From Selaginella moellendorffii (taxonomy: Eukaryota > Plantae > Lycopodiophyta), in assembly GCF_000143415.4 (NCBI RefSeq), contig NW_003314272.1:592184-656183 (forward strand): 64,000 bases of DNA, in the 5' to 3' direction. Positions within the stretch are counted from its first letter, which is position 1, and each line of letters starts with the position of its first letter. Below, piece by piece: positions 51,400-63,700 of the stretch. The position numbers and the translations under genes are program-made. Below the pieces are notes generated by a model. The model did not search any database. It was not told the DNA's origin and saw nothing but the letters and a program-made list of their open reading frames with translations.

Positions 51400-52790
51400 T
51401 CGTTTCATTAATATTGGAGAAACACATTCTTTTGGGATAGCAGATGAGAAGGATATTGATCCTGATGAAGAGTATGGCATTAGTGATGATGGCCATAACA
51501 ATAAGGAAGAGACTCTTGATGATGTCGTTGTGTAGTAAGGATGCTAGACTTTTGAAGTTCAAAGCCACATTAAGGAGGTTAAGGATTCTGTCAATCTTAT
51601 TAAGGATTTTCTATTTAGGGTTGAATCAATCTCATATCTATAATTACCATTAGTACATAATATGCCAAGGATTGGAAGGAAGTCATCATCAAATATTTGT
51701 GATAATCAAAAAGTTGATTCTTGGTTGGAATTGTGGGAAAGTTATTAATCTCACAATTCTTGTAAGTTGAAGATTGATTTTTTTGTAATGAAAGTTACAG
51801 GCCATACTTCTTCATAGTGGAAGAATTACGTCAAAGCTAATCCAAAGCCAACTTTTTGGAGTGATTTGATAAAGGTTTTATGCACTTCGTTTATCAAGAA
51901 GTTTAAAGAAGTTAATATCGTGAACCAACTACTAAAGACCTAGTAAGGGATTTTATCTTTGAATGCATATACTTGCAAGTTCTGTGATCTTTGCCTTAGT
52001 TTCATAGCCACCTATAATGAGCTACTAAAAGTGCAATGTTTTATTAAAGGTTTGAGTTCAATGGATGTGCAATAGAAGGTTAAGAAGGATTTTCCCACAA
52101 CATTGACTAATGTTATTACTAAAGCTCAAATCTTTTTGCCCAAACCATCAGTCAACTTAGTCAACTATGGTCAACAAGATGGTCTATAAAGTAGTCAAGT
52201 GATGACCAGCTAGCCCATGCTTCATATTTGGGGAATAAACAACTATTGCTATGTTGTGGCTTAAAAAATGGAGATAGCAATGAGGCTAAAAACTTTCATA
52301 TAGACTAGTAAGAGAAGGACAAGGCGAAGGGCAATTGTTTTTGTTGCCACAAGGCTAGACATTAGGGCAAGGATTGTCTTGAAAGGGTCAACAAATGCTA
52401 AGATACCTATGGTAGAATCTATAGGTAATGATAGGCATTTATGTCAGTGACATTGTTATTGGGGCTATATTGCTTTAAATTGGGCATCTGCTTGTGTATA
52501 TGAGCCACAAGTTTGATGCTATATAGTAGAATTAGCCTACTCGAGACAAAGAGTTATATGCTATAATTGCTACTGTGAAGGAATGGCAACATTATTTGTA
52601 TAAATTTGATTTCCATATGGGTTCAGACCATCAGTCTTTTCAAGATCTTCGAGGCCACCTTTTTCGTTGGCAAGAGTTCCTATAAGAAATGTCTATTAAA
52701 CTCCGATACAAGCATGGAGGTGACAATAAGGTGGTTAATGCATTATCCAAGATGGTAAATTCAAACTATCCAGCAATCTCTTGGACGAAC
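51400..52790 (+). mobile_element. Internally deleted, degenerate Ty3/gypsy remnant (gag + RNase H)
   Basis: gag-like remnants, zinc knuckle CFCCHKARH*GKDC at ~52336-52378, RNase H-like DKELYAII..VKEWQHYL..SDHQS..RWQEFL..YKHGGDNKVVNALS at ~52540-52750. Confidence 0.75.
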
Positions 52791-54454
52791 TTAAAGAGTT
52801 TGCTAATTTCAACTTCTTTATCAAAGCTCTATTTCGTTAAAGTGGGATTTATTCAGTAAAATGGGACTAGGTACAAATTTTCAAGTATTTGAAAATGACG
52901 TGAAATTATATGTTTTTTGTCCAGGGGCTAGACATATCTGGGGCATGGTGACTAGCGCGGTTACTTTGTGTCTAGACTGAGTCCATCTGGTTGTATAATA
53001 AATCTCATTGTCAAGGTGAACAAGCCGAATCTGAAGCTAAAGAAGAGCGATGGCATGCGTGCACACACTATTTGTTTGTTCATTGAGCGTGTGGTGAGCT
53101 TTCCAAGATGAACGTCATTCCTATTAGCCAGACATATAACTTAATGGTGAGAACATTTAGATATTATTCAATGTTATCTTTTTTTAACGAATCTAATTGT
53201 GAAGGTGTAGCAAGAGGCATTGCTAGTCTGGATAAGTCATTTAACTCATTTGACCCTTAGTGTATTTTCATGAAACTAAATAACATTCATATTATTAAGG
53301 AATTTCTCTAGTACCTTTTTTTTACGACATAGAGGCTTGCATTTCTTTCAAAGGTGATTTAGTAAAAGGCCTAAGGGCACATGCCATTCTATTTCTCAGA
53401 CCGGTATTAAGATATACTAGTGCAAAGGGAAAAAGGTATTTGGTGATCAAGTAAATGGCATGAGGGCACATGCCATTATAAGCCTAAGCGCTAGTGGACA
53501 CCTCCTTTTTGGTACTCTCAGCGGTACTATCATCCTTCTCCGGGTCAGTTGTTTTGCTTTGGATTGTTGTCTCTGACGTTACTAGGGCATTCTCGATAGT
53601 TGTTAATGTTGCCGTTTGTTCAGAAAAATGATCACCTGGAGTATAGTATGGGGAGTTTGGAAGACTTATATATTCTACATCTTCACCTATCTCCTTCTCC
53701 GTCTCCTTTTCTACCTCACTTACAAATTTTGTGCTTGCCATGAGAATGCTCTTCACCCTAAAATATGGAGTTCGTTGTGTTATAAAAGGAAACCAACACA
53801 CACGCTGCAAGGGAATGATGGTACATAAAGCACGTAAGCCCACAATATGGGTTTATGTGCCATTAATATGGGCCACACGCCATATTATTAGATTTATGCA
53901 CGTGTGATTGGTAAATGCATATGTCATATCATCTTTGTTTTACCTCACACACTATATCAGGCCTAATGAACCATATCACATGTGCGCACATGCTATATAT
54001 ATGGAGAAGTATTATGCAAGGATAGAAAAATTCAATGCATGATTATGGAGAGCAATGGCATGAAGCCATATGCTAAATAACATTTTAGAGAAAGAATTAA
54101 AATAGAAACATGCAAACAGTACTGAGTGGACCAAGACTTAGAAGTGCACAATTGAATGAGGTATTTCTAATAAATATTTCACTCACCTCATATAGGAATG
54201 GCTACCACTCTCAAATGGCGTATCACCTCATGCCATCACCTCGCAATTTGTTATAACAATCTAATGAATTCATATTCAGCTTGTTCACCTTGAACTTTAA
54301 GTAAGATTTGCTAGAACAACTAAGAATTTATACTTGTTATTTGTATCATCTCACCTAGGAATGGCATAAGGCCACATGCCATCACGCCTCCTCTGATTCA
54401 GATTCGGATTGTTCACCTTGAAATAAAATACATTAGAAACTTAGTAAAGGAATA

Positions 54455-57400
54455 TTAATGAATCTCACCTTGAACCCGGGATATGAATGCTCTTACTGCA
54501 TCTCTTGCATGGTCTGGCAAGGTGATGGTGGCACTCTGCTTCCGCATCCAACCATGCACAACATTATCCACTGATATGCTCATGCTAGGATCCCTTGGAT
54601 TCAGCACCCATCTCTTTTCTAGGCAATCCTTCGTATATCTGGAACTTGGCTTGAACCACTCCACAGTTACATTGAAGGAGTTAGTTTCCGCGTCCTCCTC
54701 TGCATCAGTGATGCAGTGCCCCACCCATATCATTTGTTTTTTATTACTAGGTCTGACAAGCACGACCATTCTTTTGCAGACCTGTACTGGATTAAATGCT
54801 GAATCCGGCTTCCTTTTCCTCGGCCCACAATAGTGATCCTCAACATCGTTATCTGTCACTGCATTTCCAGAGGACATTGTTCCGCTACTATCTGGTGCTC
54901 TGGGTTCTGGCCAAAAGGATTCTTCCAATTCTTCATATACAACCGGCCCATTTTGGATAGCAGATATAATCTTCTCCCAGTATTCGAGCAAAGGCTTGCA
55001 CCTCTTAAAATAGGATTCTCCACCAAACACCAACCCCCTCTTCCAGAAGGCAATATGCTATCTAATCCCGGCCACTATACTTTCCTAGTCTTTGAGTCCA
55101 TCCGGGTGCATCGGCCGTGGGGAACCCTGAGGAATCATAGGTTCCCCAGTTATGGGATCTCTCTTGAAGAGTTCAATGCAGTCCATTGGCAGCCACACTG
55201 TGTCCCATTCTCTCATCTTGTACCTCATCACTGGAGCACCGTCACGCATGCTGAAATGAAATTGAAGAGGCTTGGAGTGGCCAATCAGCGTTTCGGATCC
55301 ATCCCTGATGTAGCCTCTTACAAACCCCTTAAAGTCTGGAACCTCTGTCACAAGTGCAGCTTCAACAGTGCCTTTGATGCAATTTTGGAATTCATCGTAG
55401 AGTTGTGGGAGGGTGAGGACATTGGATTGCTGGAGGGACTCTACCAGGTGACTGAACATGGCATCGACGTCTTCATGAGTGTGCCCAACCATGAGAAAGC
55501 CAAGTGTAACCGTTTCAAATATGCCTTTGGCAACAAGCATCGCCAAGTACGCGAAGACGTACATGTTTTTGTTCTCACTACCAGCATTGTCTGTTTGGAG
55601 CAGAAGATGGGGTGGAAGGCCACATCAGCAACAAGAACTTCCTTGAGATTCTGCTTCGTTTGGATGAGGCTGTGCATTCACCGGGCGACCAGCCTCGTCA
55701 GAATGGCATGAGGCCTCACGTGATAACCCTTCAATCTGACGGCCAACATATTCACTGGGATGGCATGGGGCCCCACGCGATACTGCAAGCCTTTGCTCCT
55801 CCTCCAGCTGAATCCTGTATGGGGTTCGATCGATAAGGGCCTTATGCAAGGGTTGGCCATTCAGCTCAGTCTGCGCATTTTGCAGAGACCTTAAGTGTTT
55901 TGCTAGGGACGCAATCATCATGTTTGCACCCCCGCCACCCCATAGAGGTACAAAGAAGTTCCCATAGTTCTGGGCACCATGCCCATGAGCGATTATGCCA
56001 AATAGAGACACAGGCAGCTGCATGGATGAAGAGATTGCCTTGGGGGCAGGATTGAGTCGAGGTAAGCACATCTTTTTCTGGTCCATTTTGTTGTGGATGA
56101 TGCAGAGGTAAGAGTCAGGTCTCTCCATGGGGAGAATCCTGTTATGATAATATGCAGTCCTGCAGCTTCTCTACTCGATGTTGTGGTTGAGCCGCCTTTT
56201 AACCAACGTCTCTCGCTCTTGAGCGCTGCAAGAATTCTTCGACAAAGCCATTTTGATAGTAGTGCACTCGTCACACTTTGAAAAGCTGGAGTACTTTCCT
56301 ATACTCACATCCCTGAACCTGTTGCTCCACAATCTACTAAATCTAGATTGGCTCAGCTTCCTGTAGCCATTACTCTGGAGTTCCCGATTCACATCTTCCA
56401 ATATGGCCCCCTTGGTATACATGGAAGGGAAAACTCGTTGGGTGTCTCGTGTTCCATCTTCCAAGAGGTGGGTTTTATGTGGTTGCTGCTCGCTACATGT
56501 CTCGACAAACCTCTTGAAGATTGCCTCTCCATATACAACATGACCCCTGGTTTTGTGCGTACCGTCGTTCCCATGGACTGCCTGTTGAACCCTTTGTTCC
56601 TCGAACTCAGTTTTGATTCTGTAGAATGTGGTTCGAGGGACTCCATAAATGATTCTCTATGCCTTCATGCAGACCAAACCCCTCTGGAAGACCATGCCCC
56701 CCACCTGATGTTCTGAAGCATCAACAGATGACCGTAATGCCTTATACACAAAATTGCGAGCTGCCTTCCAGGACAATGTCTTGTATTTTGCTCTCTCCTC
56801 TTCAATAGCATCCCAATCAGCATGTTGACAGCACCTCCTCTTGCAACAAGCAACTGTCAAGACCATTCGAACCTCCATTGCCATTTTCTGCCTTTTCAGT
56901 TCATTGCTCAGATCCCTTTGGCTGCGCTTTAGGAAGGTGTACTTTCTTTTCCCATGAAGAGATGTTCTGTCATCAGTTGTAGTAATGTTTGATTGTGAAT
57001 CCTTCACATTCTCAAACACTAAGTGCCTCAATTTCCACCGCACAATGCTTTCAATAGTCAGACTGTTTTCTTCTGTGTCAACAACCTCTAAAATCGCAAC
57101 TCCAATATCATCCCAGCCCAATTTTTGATTAGCAACCGCATCTCTTGGATCGACAACTGTGGCTAAGCCCTCAGCTACCACCTCTCCCTCGGGGTTGTTT
57201 AGAAACACCTTTGCCTGAATCCATGTAGCACGGTTTTTAAGATCCACGGAGGGAACATGCGTCGCACTTGCACTGTCCCCAACATCTGCTTTCTTCTGAA
57301 GATTTTTCAAGGCAACAACAACATTTACCCCGACGACCATCTCTCCTCGTTCAATAGCGACCACATTCCCATCGAAGACAGTCTCTACTGATACAGCAGC

Positions 57401-57523
57401 ATTGCCTTCCCCAAGCCTTTGACAGTGTATAACAAAGTTCCGATCCATAGACACAAGGGTCCCTTTTGCAACTCTCTTCCCACCATTCAAAATGTAAACC
57501 TTTTCCCCAACCCTGAAGGCCAT
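54455..57523 (-). pseudogene. ~1020-codon DDD-type transposase-like gene (Sola-like/DUF7869-type) with 5 in-frame stops
   Basis: ORFs 56657-57523, 56171-56464, 55625-56128, 55085-55564 and 54455-55033 share one frame. Motifs: CCKRRCC, VC.KA(W), HGN, FSKCDEC, IIH(N/D)KMDQKK, LLLQTDNAGSENKN, GFLMVGHTHEDVDAMFS. Confidence 0.8.
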
Positions 57524-58144
57524 TCTGAAAGTGCAAAAAAGAAGTTAAGACCATACAAAAAATGATTGGAGAATGGCCTAAATCATAACATACCAAACAA
57601 CCTCAATAGCATGAGGCCACATGCCATTAGTCGAACGTCCTATTGACTCCCACGTGAAATTTCCCGTTCACAAAGATGGCATGAGGCCTCATGCCATCTT
57701 GATATACACACAGCTGCAGGCAAGTAAAAACATACATGACAATACGCTAGCCATGAAATTGCAAGGGCCCAAGATGGCATGTGGCCTCATGCCATTTCTA
57801 AATGTGGTCCTAAGCCATTCCATGGTGAACATACCAGGAAGCACAAGTGCCGAATATCAAGAGGAAGCGGTAGCCACACCAAAGACAGTGCCGCTCGCAA
57901 CACTGCAACTACTCGTAGTGCCGCTCGCAACACCGCAACTGCTCGTAGCGCCGCTCGCACAAACTGCCACTCGCATAAACTGCCGCTCGCAATGGCGCTC
58001 GCAATGCCGCAACTGCTTGTAGACGCATAAACCATAGCTCACAACACCGCTTACACAAGCAGCGCTCACTGCGCTCAGCGGAACCAAGAACATGGCGCAC
58101 AAAAATGATAGACCTAGGAATGAGTTCGAGAATTCAAAAATAAC

Positions 58145-60078
58145 ACACGCTTGAAAGTCACATCAAATCCTCTGACAAACTAGATCTTATGATTCCTCTG
58201 ACAAATTTCAAACTGAGTAGCTTCTAGACTTTGCTGTCGGAGGTTGAACTTTGTCACATCATGTCCTTGCCTCGATCCAGCTTTGCCATGTCAGTGATTC
58301 GAACTTTGCCATGCCGTGTCAGTGATTCGCGCCAAGATTATTCGCTGTGTAAAGGAATAATTATGCTGTGTGTGTACGTCCATTTATGGCAATATAAGGC
58401 CACACGCCATTCAAAGAATAATGCTAGTCGAGCATTTTTTGGTGCATTTTTGGGTTCAAAATTGCATAAGCCCACACGCTATAAAATTTACCTATACCAA
58501 AAATAGAAACAGCTTTATTTACTTGGCAATTTAAGTGGTTGAGGCATTTTTAAACTTACAAACACATGCCCTACTTACATTCTTTTGGTTGCTTAAAATT
58601 CAAAAATATTATAAACCTTTCTTTTTGCATTTTCAATGTTTTCAATTATGGTTTTTGATTTTCGCAGAACCAGCCTAGTAATCTATTTGCATCCCGTCAT
58701 GTTTATAGCTAGCTTTCGTTTGTCCCCTTCGCTAGCCTGAGATACATCTGCTCGGCATCTGCCTCTTACAGCATTTGCCCAGAAAGGGCATCTTTCTTCA
58801 CGCAGCATTTGCCATATGTTTAGGGTTTAGGGTTTAGGGTTTAGCAATTCAGTAGCTTGATAAACATGCAAATACAGAACTTGATGCAAAATCCTTTGAT
58901 ATGTCACAATGCCCCTAGGACCATAAACACATTTCAATAGAGAGGGTCCTTTTATTTCATAACTCCTTACGTAGATCTTGGTGAAACCAGAGTTAGTGAA
59001 GTTAGTTTCTTGTGATCCCACATTTGATTGTGATGTCCCTTTGCAGTGTCGATGGAAAGGTCAATGCACACCAAACTGTAAAATCTTGGAGCAAAATAAC
59101 GGTCGGATCTATGGTAAATGCCCCTGAAACATTGTAAGGCTCGTGTGGTCTCATGTGGTGTCTGATCGAGATGCTTCTTTGCAGGGTCATCAAGAAAGAC
59201 ATTGTATACCATTCTGTTAAATCTAGTTGCGATCTAACGGTTGGATCTCCAGAAAACTCAATAAAATCTCGCGCGTGTCAGAATATTCTAGGAATATACT
59301 CCTATGTGCCCCCGAAAATGGCATGCGGCCCCTGAAAATGGCATGCGGCCCCACACCATTCAAGAGATAACGCCAGATGACGCCGAGCATTTTTTGGTGC
59401 ATTTTTTGGGATTAAAATTGCATGAGCCCACACGCTTGAACGTCACATCAAATCCTCTAACAAACCAGATCTTATAATTTCTCTGACAAATTTCAAACTG
59501 AGTAGCTTCTAGACTTTGCTGTCGGACGTTGAACTTTGTCACATCATGTCCTTGCCTCGATCCAGCTGTGCCATGTCAGTGATTCGAACTTTGCCATGCC
59601 ATGTTAGCGATCCGCGCCAAGATTATTCGCCGTGTAACTGCTCGGCATCTGCCTCTTACAGCATTTGCCCAGAAAGGGCATCTTTCTTCGCACAGCATTT
59701 GCCACATGTTTAGGGTTTAGGGTTTAGCAATTCAGTAGCTTGATAAACATGCAAATACAGAACTTGATGCAAAATCCTTTGATATGTCAGGACCATTCAA
59801 TAGAGAGGGTCCTTTCATTTCATAACTCCTTACGTAGATCTTGGTGAAACCAAAGTTAGTGAAGTTGGTTTCTTGTGATCCCGCATCTGATTGTGATGTC
59901 CCTTTGCAGTGTCGATGGAAAGGTCAATGCACACCAAACTGTAGAATCTTGGAGCAAAATAACAGTCGGATCTATGGCAAATGCCCCTGAAACATTGTAA
60001 GGCTCGTGTGGTCTCGTGTGGTGTCCGATCGAAATGCTTCTTTGCAGGGTCATCAAGAAGGACATTGTATACCATTCT
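58145..60078. repeat. Shuffled direct duplication in the inter-gene spacer, with (TTTAGGG)n tracts
   Basis: 58145-58347 ~ 59428-59634, 58748-59213 ~ 59638-60078, 58397-58480 ~ 59347-59434. GTTTAGG repeats at ~58817-58843 and ~59707-59727. Confidence 0.9.
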
Positions 60079-60728
60079 TTATTTAGCTGAACATCTGGCA
60101 TTTTTGGAAATACAAGATGCTTTGGAATATCTAATCATGCATGGTATAAATATAGCGAGGGTATTAAATGATATCCCAATCATGATCTTTCTTTTGGATT
60201 TCGCGTGCATGCAGTCCGAGGAATGATGACGTTGCGGATTTCTTTTGGATTTCACGTGCATGCATGCGCGCGGCAATCCAGAAATTAATGGTGGCGCCCA
60301 AGTCCGAGGAATGATGACGTTGCGGGATTACCAACCGTCGTGACATTTTGCGCGTGTGAGGTTAGGTTTTGCATCGTACTCGCGCTCGCACACTCGCGCT
60401 CGCATCACGCTCACATTCGCGCTCATCTACCTTCTCTACAGGTTTCTCGTGTGCATCGGCGTCCACTCGCGCTTGCATCACACTCGCGCTTGCATCGCGC
60501 TCGTGTGCATTGGCGTCCACTTCAAGACACACCCAGTTTGTAACTTCGTCGCCAACTCCACCGCCCACTCCGCCACCCACACGCAGCCCACTTGGCGTCC
60601 CGGGAGATTTCAGCGCCACTCTCCAACTGTAAGTGGCAGAGTAGCCTTGCTGCTAAGATCCGCTGCACACACAGTGCACATTCGTCAGCGAGTCCAGCCT
60701 CGATTGTCACGCCTCCATTCGGCTTCAA

Positions 60729-63700
60729 ATGGTAAGTCTTTTAGGCCAAGTAGAAAATGGCATGAGGCCACATGCCATTCAGTAGCAACATTGGCATGCA
60801 CCGATTGGGCTCTCGAGTGCAGTCCGGTTACAGATGGCGTGTAGCCTCACGCCATCTTAGGATGCAGCCTCAAGACATCTGATGCAGTGGTGAATGGCGT
60901 GTGGCCTCACGTTATTTCCAGCTGCTAGCTTTTCATCTATCAGCTCTAATTGTTGTGCATTTCTGAACAGGCGAGGAATTGCGTTCTTCCTCCAGCCACT
61001 GTCAATGTGGATGCAGAGAAGGGGGAGGAGCTCACCAGTTGGACTTTCGGGATGGAAGGCGAGGATCTGAGGCTGTACAACACAGATGGTGGGAGAAAAG
61101 AATGCATGGGGATCCTCATCCAAGTGACAGACACTCCATGTAGTTCCATGCAAGAATATGGACTGGCACTTGTGGTAGAGACAGCGTCCGCCTTCAAGAT
61201 CCACCTTGCACATCCTAGCGGCTTCCCGGAGGGGGGCAGCGGCTATGAGGAATTCCTAGAGGGAGCTAGGGAGAGGTTGTCTAGGAGGCCCACAATTTCA
61301 AAGACGCTGCGGGTCTATGAAGATCACATGGAATCCACGGACCTCACCTACGGCGATGTTCAAAAACTATATTCCAACATTGAGCCGTTGAGAGTGCCTC
61401 CAATTCGCGAAGCGAAGGGGAAGGGGGTCGATCTGGAAACTACCCCGAAGCAGAAAAGGGTGTTCAAGCTCAAGCCAACGTCCGACTCTCCTGCTCCAAA
61501 AAAGAAGCTACTTGGTGATGCCATTGCCTCGGGTTCGAACACTACACCCACCAAAAAGAAGAGCCGCAAAGAGCAGAAAGAGCAAGAAGAGGCAGCAAAA
61601 ATCGTCGCAGATAATAGTACTTGTTACTATTCCAACAAAGTATATACAATCGATGTGAGCCGTATCGACATCCAAAGCAAATACAACCACAGGCTAGTAT
61701 CTGATGAGTGGGTGAAGAAACTGAAACAGAAGATGCTGGCAAGTCCAGTAACACCTGACATCGCAGACGTGATCCCCTACTACCGAACAATGAAGGGCGA
61801 GACGAGGTTTCCAGACTTGATCAATAGGAAGGTGTTGGACGATCAGAACATCCGGTTCTATGCCGTCTCTAGGCAGCATTCTAGCTTGGCGATGCAAGAG
61901 ATAGTTGTGGATATTATGGTGGGCGAGGAGGTGAAGAAAGTCTTCAAGACAAGAGTTGTCCGCCTGATAAAAGGCAACTCGCCCCTCCGATCTATCATAT
62001 ACATCTCCCACGCGCAGAATGTCAAGCAAGAAACGTGCTACAAATCGGGTCTGCACGAGACATTGGCACGAAGACGGAAGCTCTGGGTTCAACTGAAGAA
62101 GCCACAAAAACCAGGACAAGGACGTGCACTAGCAATTAGCGCCTGGCAGGTAAGCCTCGTTGCATGTGGCATAACATGTGGCCTCACGCCATTTCCATTG
62201 CAGGAATTCTCGAGTCTTCTCTCGAAAACACTGGGGGTCAATGACACACTCAGCATCCATAACATTCTACTCGCGACAAAAGTTGTTTTTGACAAATGGG
62301 TAGATGTGCTGAGGAGGTACCATGATGGGGAGTTGCTAAACTCAATGGGTGTGGAGGACGGCCGGAAGCCCAATGATTTGAAGCTCAACACCTTGCATTT
62401 CTCGCGGTCTCTAGACGACGACGACCTTCTGACAGTGGCTAATGCTCTTCTACGTGGTGAGGTAGTCTTCAACAAGACCAAAATGACTCCCGGCCATATT
62501 GTGACATATGAGGACTTGTGCACGACTCTGAGAGCTCGTGCGCTATTGAAGGATTGGATCTTCGAGCAAATGGCTGTGGAGAGGGTGAGCATCGACACCA
62601 CGCAAGAAATGATGGAAGCGCTGGAGTTGTCAAATGAAGACATCGACGAGTACGTGAAGGGGGCCCCCAAGTTCATCGATCTGCTGCGGGATGCCATGAA
62701 AAGTAAAGCTAAGAAGTTGGATCAGTATCCAAATTTCATTAAGAGGGATGTCGACCGCCGGCTTCAGAAACAGCTCGACCCTGTAGCAGAGGCCTATTGA
62801 GAACCTTACCGGGTATACGTGAATTCGGATGAGGATCAAAGGTGGAGGAGCATCGTTTCCCGCGGAGATGAGCAGGTCAAGAACATCTTTTGTGTGATGG
62901 ACTTCACAAACGAGGAGATCACTCATGCAGACGAAGTCAGCTCCATCATTGACTTAATGGTGGGACTTGCGGAGGTGGAATCTTCAGTCCACTATATGAT
63001 CTACGACTCCGAATCCTATCACAAGTTCTGGAAGGCCTTGAACGAGGTGAAGGCTCGGTTGAAAGGCAAAGAGATGTGGGAGATCCATGGGATAATGGCT
63101 AAGAAGAAGATACCGATGAATGTCCGCATCTTCACACTCGCCCTTGTTATTGGTCCTGCAGCAGAGTGGGACTGGAGTGACTTCCCAGCTTCGTTCGACA
63201 AGGCCGATCGAATTGATCTGAGGGAGGTCAATTTACCTGTGCTTGAGGAACTAAAGACGGCTATGGAGCTTTCGAATCCAAAGAAAGCTCCAGGTGCAGC
63301 ATGGGAAATGCTCAGCTGGGTCTTCAACGCAATAGCGGGTGGGTCACCTGCTTCTGACTCTAAGGGCAAATGCGTTGTCGAGTACAACTGCGGCGGACTA
63401 TTCTTTCGAGCCGCACTACTCAAGGGTGTCCCGTGTGTTGCGGTGACAAACTCCATTGAAAAGGTGACTTCAATGGAGCATATAATTACAGTTGCCAAAG
63501 AAAAACAGTATCTTCTCTGCGAACCTGGTGAGTACGCACTTTAAGTTTAAATGTTATCTCACAAGCTCTGTATGCAGGAGCGTGGCCACCCCCAGATGCT
63601 GAAACGGCGTTAACAGCTACTGTTGAAGATACCCATGTTGGGCCGAGCTCACAACCTGCACAAGGTAAGGTCACGTGAGGCCTCATGCCATTTTGATTAT

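Noticed and set aside
53414-53422. TAGTG (CACTA terminus) as the element boundary
   Set aside because: Wrong orientation for the left end of the downstream element, and palindromes occur on both sides of it.
54833-55711. 292-aa + strand ORF
   Set aside because: Antisense shadow of the transposase frame; no motifs.
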